Made by a program: the position numbers and the translations under genes | In this document: positions 1 through 11,700 of the stretch, in pieces | How the letters are laid out: each line of letters opens with the position of its first letter | Numbering within the stretch: position 1 is the first letter of the stretch | Source of the DNA: a virus | Strand: one strand, 5' to 3' | Length of the DNA: 39,138 nt | Virus genome (UHGV): UHGV-0198113 | Notes under the pieces: model-generated | Database searches by the model: none | What the model saw: only the letters and a program-made list of their open reading frames with translations | Told to the model about the DNA's origin: nothing

Positions 1-3000
1 TGCCAGAACTGATCAGCAACGTTTTCATACGCGACGCGTGAAACGCTCTTATACCCCGCATAAGTTTCCTGGATTGGGATACCTGGCTTATATGCCAGCG
101 CAGAAAGTGAATTCCACTTCTGTGCATCAACATAACCAGAACCTTTTACCGTAGATGCCGCAGGAGCTTTCAACGGTTGGTTAACCAGCGTCTGTAGTGG
201 TCCTGTTTTTCGATCAAACGCCGCCGCTACGTCGTGTTGATCAACCACAGCGGCATGTTCTTCCAGTTCACGAACACGACCAAGACGTTTCACCTTATCG
301 ATATTGATATCAACGATACGTTTGCTGTCCGTTGTGACTGTTCCAACGAACAGCCGAGTCGCATTATCAGGAAGCTGCTCCAGACCTATCTGATACTGTG
401 CAGTTGAGCCTACAACTTCGCCGTGGACGTAGAAGGTTTGATTGGCGTGGTTAGATGGAAATTGATTACTTAAATCTACCGACCACGTTGGAAGCGTATA
501 ACTACTGCTACCAAAATCCAATTTAACTTCTTCCGTTAAATACAGAATCCAACCTTCCGCCGTTTCCACACCGGAAATAATGACCGCTTGACCGCCTGTT
601 GAGAATGTTGTGTCGTTAACAAACTCTGCGGCAGTGTACGCATTACCCGAGCAGAATACACGGTCAGCCTTGGAATAAATCAATGCCATCTTATCCCAAC
701 TGCCCGCGCCCATGTAACACCCGGATTCTGGGTTATGGGCAGGAGCCATCTGACGCAACTGAGACTTACCAGGAACACGAGTCCAACCCGACCCAGGGTC
801 GTAAGTATATTTCGCGGCGTAGCCTAATGCGTTCAAATCACCGATATTCCGAATCGTCAACGTATACGGTAACCAAATACCGAAGTTAACACCATCCGCA
901 GAAGCAAAGATAGGCTGACCCACACGTCGTGTTTTATTACCCGCTTCTTCATTCAAGGACTGATAACTTAAACCGTAGTCCTTATCTAAGAACCAGTCGA
1001 CCAGCTTAAAGGTTGCGGAGTTAAAACGTAGATAACCATTCTCTTTAGATGGGCTCACCATGAAGTAATAGATATCGAGAATACGACGCCCATTATCTAA
1101 GGTTTTCATGCACGAAACTTGTAATAAGTCAAACTCGCACACGGTGTTAATACCCAACATCCAAAGAGCAAATAACGCATTGCCTGTTTGGTGTGCTGCG
1201 CTAATACGTTCATTCGCATAGCCATTAGCTTCGCCTGACGGCGCACCATCGACAATCATTCGAATCATCTTCTGGCGATCAGCTTCTTCTAACGTCAAGC
1301 GTTCTGAAGACAACGCAAAATTACCGTAGATATTCCGGTATGGGAAAGTCTCTGCTTTTGTTAGATACCAACCGTTAAGTTGGCCGTGGCGCTCCTCTGG
1401 CGTCATACACGCAGCCATACAGCTCAACTGCTCGTAAAGTGTAGGATCAACCTCGCGACGGTTGTTATTTGGACCGTATCCGCTGTAACCAGGTACATTG
1501 TACGGCGTGTTCGGGTCAACCTCAACTTCGATTGTGTAACGGTTACGTGGATTAGACAACCAGACTTTGTTCGAGCCTCCAATACCGACAGGGTGAGAAA
1601 GACCGATGGTATAAATAGAACCGCGTCCTTTATCCCATGTAAAAGTCCCTTCACCTGAAGTATTGTTCGGGTTATCGTAACGCAGATAATCGAAAAGCTC
1701 TTTGCCTTGCGTTCCTTTAATAGAAACGTTCGGCATTTGGTCTGCGTCGTTAACTTGCCAGCAGGAAAGCATCATTCCCGTACCGTTAGGTTTTGCAAAC
1801 GTTGCAAAACAACGATTGTTTGCCTGACCACCACCCCACTTGCGACTAGTTTCTACAGTTGAACCGTCCGCGAACGAGAGTGTAGTAGCATCAGCCTTGA
1901 TGGGGAAGCGTTCGGCACCTTCTAACGTAACTTTGCCCGTCAACGTATCGATCGTAAAACTTGTTGCCCATTGACGAAAGTTAATTTGTGAGCCATCAGC
2001 CGCCGCAAACCATACCGTGGGCATATGGTTCACGCGGATCACGCTGTCACGCACCGCGCAAGCATGGTTGCATTCCGGCCCGTGAACAAAGTTATGTCCG
2101 TTAGTCCATTTAGCGCGTGCTTCTGGTGTAAAATACGTAAAGAACTGCCCAGACTGAGACTCCTCAGTTTTTTGACCGATTCGTAAACAGAGGTTATCTC
2201 CGTATTGACCCATTTCGCCTGTTAATGTTACGCGTTCAAATTCTAACGTGGTGCTGGTATACAAATCAGCTTTACGCAAACGCCAAGCCGCCACTGCATA
2301 AGCAGAGTTATTCACCGTAGAACGGAGAAGATAGACGTAATCATCAACCAGCACAACATCGTCGGCTTCTGGCCACGGATTCCAAGTTTGTTCAACGGTT
2401 CCGCTAGGGTTACCGTTACGATAGACAGGCATCGTCACACGACAAACCACGGTGTGTTTGGCGTGGTCCATCGAACCGTTAAACAGCACCAAATACCGGT
2501 TATTGTCGGAGCCCAGGCAAATGATCGCTTCCTGACCACCAATCAAAATCGCTTTTAAAGTTACACCAGGATACTTACTCAGTCCAACAGGATGGTATTT
2601 CACCGAGGTCTGTTGTGGATTTTCAAACGCATTTGACGAGTTGATATCCGCATAACCGTAATAAATAGCTTCTGTACCCGGCACGCCATTAGAAGCATTA
2701 CGTAGCGAGTAGACCTTCCCTTGCTGATAACCAACAACCCCTTTTTGGTAAGACTGGTTCTTTGTAAAGCCTGAATAGTTACCAAGTGCCGGAATTGGTA
2801 GAAAGTTTTTGTTACCAAACTTCGCACCACCTACGGTCCAAGCCGGTAAAATAGTGTTCAGTTTGTCAGTAACTTTCTTGATCTCTTTCGCAAATAACCA
2901 CCCTTGACGCGAAGTGACCGCTTTATCATTAGTAGTGTCTATAGCATCCCACAACTGTAATAAGCCGTCTACCGTCGCACTACCGATCGGTACATTATCC

Positions 3001-4472
3001 AAATCGCCAAACACGTGGGTGTGGTTAGACAATGCTTTGTTCTTTAAAACATTTGTCAGTGCTTTTGTTACTGGTTTGTTAGCCGGACTGGTATTGTCCA
3101 TTTTATCGATGCCGAAATCCGTTTTCGTTAACGTCAATACCATGTTCTCACCGGTCTTAACAAATCCTTTACCGTTAATGGTGTAATCATCATCGACGTA
3201 CAAGTCTAACCGGTCTTTTAATTCAGTAACGGCTTTTTGGGATATTGCTGTACCCAACGCAGCTGATGTTGCGATATTCGTAATAGAGAACAATCCGTAA
3301 ACCGACTCAGACGCCGTAGGGATATTTGCATTTAACGTCAATGGGTTGGATTGTTTCGATGTACCGTACGCTTTCACTGTGTCTGAAGACGAGAAGTACG
3401 CATTAGCTTCCAGCAACGTCACCGATGTTAAGTACATGTTCACCATGTCTGGTGTAACCAGATACACGGAGTTATACACTGGCGCTAAAACATCTTGCTC
3501 GGAGCCAGAGTGTACCCAAAGGGTGTTCAACCCAGCGCTGAACTCAACGGCTAAGCCTGATTCATTGTTGTCCTGGTCAGCTTTAATCACTAATGGTTGT
3601 GGTGACGTAATCAACCACTTATCATTTCGGATACTGATTACATGACCGCCTGCGGTTTTGAACGCCAGTTCTTTACCGTTTGAAGCACGCCAACGACCAT
3701 AAACCGTGCCGAGTGTACGGCCCATCAACTGGTCTACGTCCGACTGCTCAATTCCCGCAGAACCCATCAACGTTGCGAGTTCATCTAACGTTCTGTTGAA
3801 AGCTTTTGTCGCATCTACGGCACGCCCCAACACAGGCAGTGCACCAATGTCTTCAGTCGTGTAGTTGTGAACATTAGGGTTCAAATGGTGCTGATAAAGC
3901 TCTTCGTCAAAAACCTTCTTACCGTTTTCGTAAATCAGATTCGTAACTTCGCTAAAAGCAGCATCCAGTTCAGTGGAACGTTTGATAATCTTTTTACGAA
4001 TATCATCTAATGCTTTTACTACTTCGTCCCTGAGTAGGGCTTCTTCTAAGTTAGCAGGCGGGTCAATAGGCTGTATGACAGGAGCATACGCCATTAATTC
4101 GGACCAATCCACGTTACGCGGATCTTTTAAATCGGTACGAACTAGATACTTGCCAATTTCCGATTGTGGGATACGGTACTGGCGCGCTACACCCAGAATT
4201 TCGTATTCCACCTCAGTGGCAGTCAGTAACATGAACCCGCCGTAAATTTGGTCTTGTTCTGCCTCAGCGAGCTCTTTAAAGTAATAACCTAAATAGTAGT
4301 CCAGACCTTCTATTAAGGTACGACGGCCACCGGCGGCGGACTCGTCAGCAACAGTGAGCTTTAATCCGATACGATAAAAGGGGCCTTCCGGCGGGATGAC
4401 CACGTTAAATCGGTTAGGGTACGTTGACGTATTTAACGTACCGTTAAACAGCGCCGCGTCTTCTCTCGGCAT
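1..4472 (-). CDS. large tail-fibre/tailspike-like structural protein, partial (N-terminal ~1490 codons; C-terminus lies beyond window start)
   Basis: ATG at 4472-4470 preceded by AGGAG (MPREDAALFNG...). Frame spot-checked stop-free at the window start; the only minus-strand track ORFs in this span (1424-1654, 2600-2830) are in another frame. Absent from the ORF track because it has no stop in the window. N-terminus shares the PF(F/Y)...L.V...G.DY motif with the next two genes. Confidence 0.6.
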   Translation of the reverse strand, partial: MPREDAALFNGTLNTSTYPNRFNVVIPPEGPFYRIGLKLTVADESAAGGRRTLIEGLDYYLGYYFKELAEAEQDQIYGGFMLLTATEVEYEILGVARQYRIPQSEIGKYLVRTDLKDPRNVDWSELMAYAPVIQPIDPPANLEEALLRDEVVKALDDIRKKIIKRSTELDAAFSEVTNLIYENGKKVFDEELYQHHLNPNVHNYTTEDIGALPVLGRAVDATKAFNRTLDELATLMGSAGIEQSDVDQLMGRTLGTVYGRWRASNGKELAFKTAGGHVISIRNDKWLITSPQPLVIKADQDNNESGLAVEFSAGLNTLWVHSGSEQDVLAPVYNSVYLVTPDMVNMYLTSVTLLEANAYFSSSDTVKAYGTSKQSNPLTLNANIPTASESVYGLFSITNIATSAALGTAISQKAVTELKDRLDLYVDDDYTINGKGFVKTGENMVLTLTKTDFGIDKMDNTSPANKPVTKALTNVLKNKALSNHTHVFGDLDNVPIGSATVDGLLQLWDAIDTTNDKAVTSRQGWLFAKEIKKVTDKLNTILPAWTVGGAKFGNKNFLPIPALGNYSGFTKNQSYQKGVVGYQQGKVYSLRNASNGVPGTEAIYYGYADINSSNAFENPQQTSVKYHPVGLSKYPGVTLKAILIGGQEAIICLGSDNNRYLVLFNGSMDHAKHTVVCRVTMPVYRNGNPSGTVEQTWNPWPEADDVVLVDDYVYLLRSTVNNSAYAVAAWRLRKADLYTSTTLEFERVTLTGEMGQYGDNLCLRIGQKTEESQSGQFFTYFTPEARAKWTNGHNFVHGPECNHACAVRDSVIRVNHMPTVWFAAADGSQINFRQWATSFTIDTLTGKVTLEGAERFPIKADATTLSFADGSTVETSRKWGGGQANNRCFATFAKPNGTGMMLSCWQVNDADQMPNVSIKGTQGKELFDYLRYDNPNNTSGEGTFTWDKGRGSIYTIGLSHPVGIGGSNKVWLSNPRNRYTIEVEVDPNTPYNVPGYSGYGPNNNRREVDPTLYEQLSCMAACMTPEERHGQLNGWYLTKAETFPYRNIYGNFALSSERLTLEEADRQKMIRMIVDGAPSGEANGYANERISAAHQTGNALFALWMLGINTVCEFDLLQVSCMKTLDNGRRILDIYYFMVSPSKENGYLRFNSATFKLVDWFLDKDYGLSYQSLNEEAGNKTRRVGQPIFASADGVNFGIWLPYTLTIRNIGDLNALGYAAKYTYDPGSGWTRVPGKSQLRQMAPAHNPESGCYMGAGSWDKMALIYSKADRVFCSGNAYTAAEFVNDTTFSTGGQAVIISGVETAEGWILYLTEEVKLDFGSSSYTLPTWSVDLSNQFPSNHANQTFYVHGEVVGSTAQYQIGLEQLPDNATRLFVGTVTTDSKRIVDINIDKVKRLGRVRELEEHAAVVDQHDVAAAFDRKTGPLQTLVNQPLKAPAASTVKGSGYVDAQKWNSLSALAYKPGIPIQETYAGYKSVSRVAYENVADQFW

Positions 4473-4504
4473 CGTAAAGACTCCTACTTTTAAATAAAAT
4501 GGAT

Positions 4505-4530
4505 ACCCCTCCCTTTTTACAGGGAGGGGT
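4505..4530 (-). terminator. stem-loop (10-bp stem ACCCCTCCCT/AGGGAGGGGT) between two minus-strand giant genes; terminator or attenuator
   Basis: Perfect inverted repeat with 6-nt loop; T-rich tract follows on the minus strand (complement of 4480-4504). Confidence 0.4.
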
Positions 4531-4567
4531 TACCTACGGACACATTACTGCCCGCAGGCAGTCTGTC

Positions 4568-7500
4568 CTAAGTGCGATCCCCTAACTGTTTACCGTTAAG
4601 TTCACGTTTCAGTACAGCTAAAATCCATTTCCACGCTTTGCTCGTGATATGGTACGGATTACGCTTTGTTATCATCACTTGTTCATCGCCGGAACGAACT
4701 TCAAAACTTTGCACGTTCAGTTGATCTTGACGAGTATTGGTTTCATCAAAGATTTCTAAATTGCAGCTGAAGTTCAACTCATACCCCTCTGGGTTGTCGC
4801 CCGGCAACTCAAGGACGATATAAAGGTCTTGGCCTGCCCGTAGATCCACGGGAGTTAAGCTTATTGCTTTACCCACATCAGAAGATGTCGACAAAGCAAA
4901 TTCGACGATGTCAGTTGCAGATAAGAAAGCATCTTTCTGTGCATCACCGATAATCACTTTCCCTGGCCAGTTGCTTTTAATCGTTCCCGACACACGCGCG
5001 ATGCGATAATGTGCTTTACTAACGCCCTGTGCGAATCGCAAGATCAAATTTCCACGATGTTTATCTGATGCAGGCGACGTGGTACTCCACGCGTTATTCC
5101 ACGTAGAGTTCTGAGAAACCAAAGCACCGCGAGCTAACTTACGATCGTAGAACTGCGCAGGTAGTTGACCTTCATGCGACAAAGAAGCAACACCTTGTCC
5201 CAGAGGTAAACCTATTGCTTCGGTAAAACGGAACTCAGATTTAATCTCGTACGATGCGGGGTCTATTGCGGTCTGGGCATAATCGGCATCACGAGCATCC
5301 GAAAGCTGACCGATAGAACTATCTACGTACGATTCAAACAAGCCACGCAAGTAATGATACTTATCAATGTCAATATTAGATGTAACCGGGTCTATTAAAC
5401 CATGGCTAATCGTCAAACGACACTTCTCGCTGAGTTCACTAAACGCCAGCCCAACGCCATCGCCAGCAAAATAATCTACCAAATCAAACGGAAGTTGGAA
5501 CTCTACTTGGCGTTGTTTAACCGCTGTTGTGTTAAACTGCGAGAAAGAAAGTGCTAATCGTAAGACACGAGTTTGAACATTATAACGGTAACGTATCATT
5601 CCCCTTGGGGCGTGAACAGGAGAAATCTTATCCTTGCTTACACCCCAACCTAAAAGGTCAAGAATTGCTGGATTAGTTTCATCGCCATTAAATAACACGT
5701 CTTTGGTAGTTGCAGAAACAGCGGTCTCATTTGCTGTTTCCATCAACATCACCCCATCGTTTGTTTCAAACGTTTTGTACCACGTCTCATTAGTACGCAC
5801 CGTACCAACACCCACTTTGCAGGTCTTATCCGTAAGATTAAAACGAACGTATCGACGTCCTACAGAACTACCTTGTGAACTAGCACAGAGTATAAGATCT
5901 GGAGCTGCTGTGAGTGCTTTTGTCCCGCCAACATCATCAACATCAAAAACAAACGACCCTTCGAATGTGGGGGCACTATTTTCTTTAGGGTTGAATGGTG
6001 TAAACCAACAATACGGCGTTGCACCTTCGGTCGAGAAAATTAGCTGTAAAGCAGTTTTAACATTTAGCCCATGCGAATAAGTAAGCAAACCGCGACTCAA
6101 GCTTACAGCAGTCCCGCCACTTCCCGCCGTTAGCATCTTACGATAAACCAACGCACGTGGTTCGGGAATAGCGCGGTTCAATAACGGTAATCTGGGGTTA
6201 TCTGTCAGCGACCAGTCGACCACTTTTAACCCGTGGGCGTTTCGCGTGGTCACATGGTTGCCAATTTCTGCACTTGTACCAAAGTCGAAAGTGGTGTCGA
6301 AAGTTACCGTCTTATTCGCGTAATTTTCGCCTGCGTAAACATCTACGTATCCGATAAAACCGCGCTCAGGATCAACCTGGTTTGATTCGATCGGCTCAGC
6401 ACGAGAATACAGAGAACCTGTGAGCATGTTAACGTAAAGATAATGACGAATCCCAACATGTGTTGTGACGAAATCGGCTAACAACTCTACGTGTGTTTCG
6501 GGACCACTGAAATATACAGGGTAATCACCGTCATATATCTCAAACTGCACCGCAGCTGATTTTGCCGTGTCGCTACATTCCGCTTTTATTGCAACAACAT
6601 AGTTCTCGACGTTTGGTGAAGTTTCGTAAACAGTTAATAATGGCGATTCACCGGAGGCAACTTGCACACCGTTAATGTACACGGTTACGGGGCCACCACC
6701 GGCAGCATAAACCCATAGCTTAGACTGGTACGCTTTGACCCGAGCTTTAGCAAGAACAGTAATTACAGACTGATCACCCATTTGTGTTGCTGTCTTTCCA
6801 ACAGGCACAGAGTGATAGCCCATTAACGGTGGTTCATCAATACCGTCCCAAGTAATTCCTGTTCCTTTGCTAACTTTTGCTTCCGGCCAGGTAGTTTCAA
6901 GCTGGTTATTTGGCGAAAACCAGTTGAACATTGGCGTTGTCTGAAGATCAATTGCACCGGTCAGGGTAGCTTCGTCTTTGTTACCATCAAACAAATAAAA
7001 GACTTTCAGATCCTGTACGGTTAAAGCAGTACCTTGACTATTAAACCGCCACTGCGCACCTTGTACCGCAGCAAAATCTGTTACCGTACCTTCTTTCGCA
7101 TTTGCAATCGCTGCGGCAACAACTTCAAGCCTTGCAGAAAGTTCTTTGAGAATATTAGGCACTACAGCCCGTCCCTCGACTAAGCCATTTTGGTTAGTCG
7201 CATAACGACCTATACCGTAAATGGATTGAGAAGCCTTATAAATGCCTAATTCTGACCACTCGTGATGGTGGTTCTTTTCCGCAAGTCCTTCAACTGCCGT
7301 ACTTAGAGCCGAGGACAGCGGTTTATCAACATCGGCGGTATTGTCAGCATGTTCCAATCCTAACTCTGCTTTGGTAATCTGGCGAGAACCGTCGTTCATC
7401 GCCTTACCGTTTAGCAGCGTCGTTTTCGGCACATACCCGGACAAGTCCGTTGAGTACGGTGTCAGTGACCCCGGTGTTGCTGCAACGCCCGTTGTTTCCG

Positions 7501-8758
7501 TTCCTTTACCGGTTTTCAGTTTAGCGACGCCTTTTTCAGTCAGAGTCGCTTTTTGAGGGTCGATAACCCCTACGATAGGGTCAGCGCGTGAACCTTTACC
7601 CGTAAAGCTAATTCCGTTGCGACCCTCGATATACACTTTAGTGTCATCAGGGTCATTACCACCTGTCCCTTCGTCAGGGTCTTGTTGGTATTCCATTAGT
7701 GCAGTCGTTGTAAGCAACGGGTTGCCGTTTAAGGTGAGTTTATTCATCCCTAAGGCATCGCCTGTTGATTCAATACGCAACGTGTTCTTACCTGCACGCC
7801 ACTGTATGTAACGACCCGCACCTGTTCCTTCCAAGTGCCCGACCGCCAACACAACTGAACCGTTTGACTTCAACGTAAAACCATCGTTCGCAAAAATGAT
7901 TTCAGATTCACCATTTTTAGAACTGAATTGTGCACGGTTTCCTGACACCGTACAGTTGAAATTCCCATAGACCTCATCAGAAATCCAATGAGAAATATAG
8001 GTGTCAACTACCGATTGTGGTAAACGGAATGCTTTTAGTTCTTCCGTTAACGCTTTCAGACGTAAACCGTAAGCCATAAAGGTATCCGGCGTTTTGAGAT
8101 TCACCGGATGAGCTTCGATTTGTGCTACGGTTGTTTCATGAGGATTCTTTGCCGCGATATGTGCTGGGTAATTAAATGCTTGAATTTCTTTACCCAGAGC
8201 AACAACGAGTGCTTTAACCTCGGCCAGTTTATCTTTAATCAGTTGGTTTGCATCATCGGTTTTTAATTCGATATCATGAACCGCAGACGCAAGATATTTT
8301 TTATTCAGCAAATCTGCCCAAGACGTTGCAGCAGGTGTTGCTGGATAAAGCGACGGACGACCTTCTAATAACAACCAATCCGCACTAGTCGGGTTATTGA
8401 GATGTTTTACAAGCTCATCCAGAATTTCTACAAACGGATCGTAAAACGTTCCACCGAGCATTTGTCCTTCAAAAGTAACTAAACCTTTGATGGATGGGTT
8501 GATAAGGTGTACCCCACAATACACGTTGGCTGCTACCGAGTCATCCAGTTCCGTCAGCTGATATTGCAGTTCGTAATCTACCCCACGGCTCAGTGGGGTA
8601 GTTGAACCCGGCTGCTTAACGACCAGATTTTCAAAGAACGGGCGATGATCCAAAATCACCACCCGATCGTTGTTGTTTTCTGACCCGATGATACGCTCCT
8701 CTAAGAAGTGATTCTCGGCTTTCGTCCCCCGAGGATCGTAAGGATACGCTTTCATCAA
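4568..8758 (-). CDS. giant structural protein (1396 aa), tail-fibre/tailspike-like
   Basis: Track ORF; AAGGAGA RBS 8 nt upstream inside the end of the preceding gene; N-terminal 'HRPFFENLVVKQPG...GVDYELQY' motif shared with neighbours; Gly/Thr/Asn-rich composition typical of fibres. Confidence 0.8.
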   Translation of the reverse strand: MMKAYPYDPRGTKAENHFLEERIIGSENNNDRVVILDHRPFFENLVVKQPGSTTPLSRGVDYELQYQLTELDDSVAANVYCGVHLINPSIKGLVTFEGQMLGGTFYDPFVEILDELVKHLNNPTSADWLLLEGRPSLYPATPAATSWADLLNKKYLASAVHDIELKTDDANQLIKDKLAEVKALVVALGKEIQAFNYPAHIAAKNPHETTVAQIEAHPVNLKTPDTFMAYGLRLKALTEELKAFRLPQSVVDTYISHWISDEVYGNFNCTVSGNRAQFSSKNGESEIIFANDGFTLKSNGSVVLAVGHLEGTGAGRYIQWRAGKNTLRIESTGDALGMNKLTLNGNPLLTTTALMEYQQDPDEGTGGNDPDDTKVYIEGRNGISFTGKGSRADPIVGVIDPQKATLTEKGVAKLKTGKGTETTGVAATPGSLTPYSTDLSGYVPKTTLLNGKAMNDGSRQITKAELGLEHADNTADVDKPLSSALSTAVEGLAEKNHHHEWSELGIYKASQSIYGIGRYATNQNGLVEGRAVVPNILKELSARLEVVAAAIANAKEGTVTDFAAVQGAQWRFNSQGTALTVQDLKVFYLFDGNKDEATLTGAIDLQTTPMFNWFSPNNQLETTWPEAKVSKGTGITWDGIDEPPLMGYHSVPVGKTATQMGDQSVITVLAKARVKAYQSKLWVYAAGGGPVTVYINGVQVASGESPLLTVYETSPNVENYVVAIKAECSDTAKSAAVQFEIYDGDYPVYFSGPETHVELLADFVTTHVGIRHYLYVNMLTGSLYSRAEPIESNQVDPERGFIGYVDVYAGENYANKTVTFDTTFDFGTSAEIGNHVTTRNAHGLKVVDWSLTDNPRLPLLNRAIPEPRALVYRKMLTAGSGGTAVSLSRGLLTYSHGLNVKTALQLIFSTEGATPYCWFTPFNPKENSAPTFEGSFVFDVDDVGGTKALTAAPDLILCASSQGSSVGRRYVRFNLTDKTCKVGVGTVRTNETWYKTFETNDGVMLMETANETAVSATTKDVLFNGDETNPAILDLLGWGVSKDKISPVHAPRGMIRYRYNVQTRVLRLALSFSQFNTTAVKQRQVEFQLPFDLVDYFAGDGVGLAFSELSEKCRLTISHGLIDPVTSNIDIDKYHYLRGLFESYVDSSIGQLSDARDADYAQTAIDPASYEIKSEFRFTEAIGLPLGQGVASLSHEGQLPAQFYDRKLARGALVSQNSTWNNAWSTTSPASDKHRGNLILRFAQGVSKAHYRIARVSGTIKSNWPGKVIIGDAQKDAFLSATDIVEFALSTSSDVGKAISLTPVDLRAGQDLYIVLELPGDNPEGYELNFSCNLEIFDETNTRQDQLNVQSFEVRSGDEQVMITKRNPYHITSKAWKWILAVLKRELNGKQLGDRT

Positions 8759-8768
8759 AAAATTCTCC

Positions 8769-11700
8769 TTAATCGCGAATAATCACCGCGTTGAGTTTAT
8801 TGTTTTCACCCAAGAACGACATGACACGCTCCTTGTTCAGATAAGGAGGGATCGGTAACGCGTTATAATCGGCTAAATTATCATCAAACTCTTTTGCTAC
8901 CAGCGCGTTTAGCGTCTCAGGATCTGAGCTTGGGCCAGCTGTCTCAATGAGGCGTGCGCGGTTTAATGCAGAATAGTTAGCGATATAATCCAATAGCGTT
9001 CCGTACGATTTATTTGCTGTTATGCTATCAGCAGTGGTACGGAGGTTGGCGCGTACCTCGTCGTCATAAAGTCCCCCTAAACCGTAATAGATAGGGGTAT
9101 AAGGATCGTTAACAATGGGTGAAATATCTAACTCACCTAGACGATCAGTTAACGAAATTTTCTGAGTTGTTCCGCCCGCTGCGGTGCAGCTTACGTATTT
9201 ATCTACATCTGACAAATACACAACGATGGTATAAACCGTTCCTGCTAGTGTTAACGTCGCATTAAACGTCACATCGTTGTTCGCGCCGCGTCTGTGGGTA
9301 AATGTGATATCGGGTTGTAATGTACTCCAAGGGGCAGGTGTAACACGCTTCGTTGGTGTAAAACCAAGAACAACCGATTTCCCATTAGCGAAGTTTAACC
9401 CGAAACCTGCGTAACAATATTCGCCCTTACTGTCAGTTAAGCGGTAGCCCCTTGTCACTAAAAGAGACAAGCGAACAAACTCATTGGCATTATTCCGCCA
9501 ACAACCTAAAATCGTTTCAAGCACTGTGCCCGTTTTTGCGTTACTCTCCGTTTCCCAAGTTACACGAACACCTGCGTTCGAGAACAGCGGGAAAAGATTG
9601 TGAATAAATCCATGAACATTATCACTAACTCCCTTTGGATCAAATATCCACTTCGAAGCTAAGGAATCGTATTTTACGCCGTCGAGTGCTTTATACGTAT
9701 TCCCCATCGCAAATCGCCAATCAGCCTCACCACGTGTTACTGCTTGTAAGCCTGAAGCCCAGCAGGGCGCACCCACTGTTAAATTGCGCAAACCTAGAGC
9801 TGCACGTGGCGCACTTCTCTGAATATGCGCATTGTCGTTAGCAATATGTTCTGACAATTCCCGGAAATCACCTAAACGGGTCACGTTACGCAACTCGGTT
9901 AAGTACACTTCTGAGATATCGTTGACGCCAATCATCCCCACACGGGTCATGGTATCCGTTTCGGCTTGACTGTAACTATCGTGAATAACATAAGTCGCCC
10001 GGTTATCGACAATATCAACAAACACCCCAGCAACAATTTCCGTATTCAGTTTTGGAAAGCGCTCAGCAGTGTTTACTGTCATTAACGGCACTTGATACGT
10101 TTCCCCACCAATGAAATACGTTGTGGCGGGTAACGTAACCAGTATCTTGTCTTTTACCGTAACTTCGATTAAGTCGTTCCCAGTTTCACCGTAACGGATG
10201 ATGTCAATTCGGGCACCCGAATCTACGTTACCTACTGTTGCTTCCAGCTTCTCAATTCGAGCTGTCTGATCCATCACCACACTAGCGTCTAAAGCCAGCG
10301 TTGCATCATCGACGGCTAATCCGAATTTAATTAACCCGCGTTTATCCGTTGTTGCGTTTTCCACTCCAAACGCTGTTGACGGGTGGCGGTGAACCTTCGG
10401 TGAATATTTATCCAACTCTGTTTGTTGTGCAACAGAAATAGGTAAATCGACGTCAGGTGTGTTTGCAACGTTACCTAGGTTAAAGGTGATTTTGTCGATG
10501 GTAATAGAGCTGGTTAACGGCATGTCGTTAATGTACGATTTTACCGCGACCAATTTACCCGTAAACTCAGCATCGAGTTTTGTAATCAACGCAGGCGTCG
10601 CTGCCAGATTTTCCGCAGTACCGAACTCATCGGTTAACTGCCATCCGGCTAAGGACGTCGTATCCGTTGCGGTAGGGAGGACAAACGTTGCCACAAACGG
10701 TGACGCTTTTATTCCGTTACCTGTAATGGTTACCGTTGCTGTCGAGTTTGCGTAGAATAATCCTGTTCCACCCGCGGTATTACCTGGTAGGTAAGGCCCT
10801 ACTGTGGTGGGGTCTAAAAGTTTCTTACCACGCCACTGCAAGCCACGATCGTCAGCGTACAATACCAGCTGATTAGTCCCTGCCTGGAAAGTTACGGGGT
10901 TATTCCCTGCATTAACTTCGGTTGAACCTTGGCCAATAAACTTAATGGATTTCGGGTCAACGGCAAACTGAGCACCTAAACGGGTCTCGTCAACAACATC
11001 CGGCGCTTTCTTAATGGTAACCGTGTTACCTTTGTTTTGCGAGATAATGCTGACACTATCAGCAACGTTGTTAATCAACGTTTTAAAGTGATGTTGGTTC
11101 TCTAACGCTTCTAGCGCAGCATCCATGTTAACGAAGTTGACACGAGCGCTGTACGTCTTACCATTCACGGTAACAACGATATCAAATACGTTCCCCGTAC
11201 GTTTTAATTGGAAACGTAACGTAAAATCATCGTCAGGTATTGCAGGATCGGCGATTTGAGAAACATATTGGACTTCCGGCTGCGGATTAGCATAACCGTT
11301 CAGTTGTAAACCGATACTGACTCGACCTGACAGAACTTCACCGGTAAGTTGAATGAATTTGCCAGAGTTACTACCAGGATTTTCATAGAAGCGTAAACCA
11401 ACCATACCGACTGCTTCATTACCTGACGCTGTTTTACGTCCGGTGACAATGAAGTCAATATCTTGCAGGTTGGCAGGTACTCCATTAAAATAAGTACCAA
11501 ATCCATTCTTCGTTCCCGTATAACGAAGTGCGCCATGATACGTGTAACCATTGCTAACATAGCTTTCGCTAAAATAAGGGTTCACGTACTTAGACATCGA
11601 CACCGGATCAACTTCCGTCGTAAAGGACGTAAAGCCTGGCAGTGTTCTGATAGTTCCGTCAACCGTTTTGTTAGCTGCGGTGCGTAGCAGTTTATTCTGC

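Noticed and set aside
5634-6080. 148-aa plus-strand ORF (and others such as 7341-7556, 7617-7811, 9635-9841, 10459-10755) inside the giant minus-strand genes
   Set aside because: Antisense to long, RBS-supported genes; no RBS; low-complexity translations; judged chance ORFs.
4568-8758. Product length (1396 aa) equals the length I recall for the phage T5 L-shaped tail fibre pb1
   Set aside because: Length coincidence only; the neighbouring gene content does not resemble what I recall of T5, and I cannot verify sequence similarity without a search.
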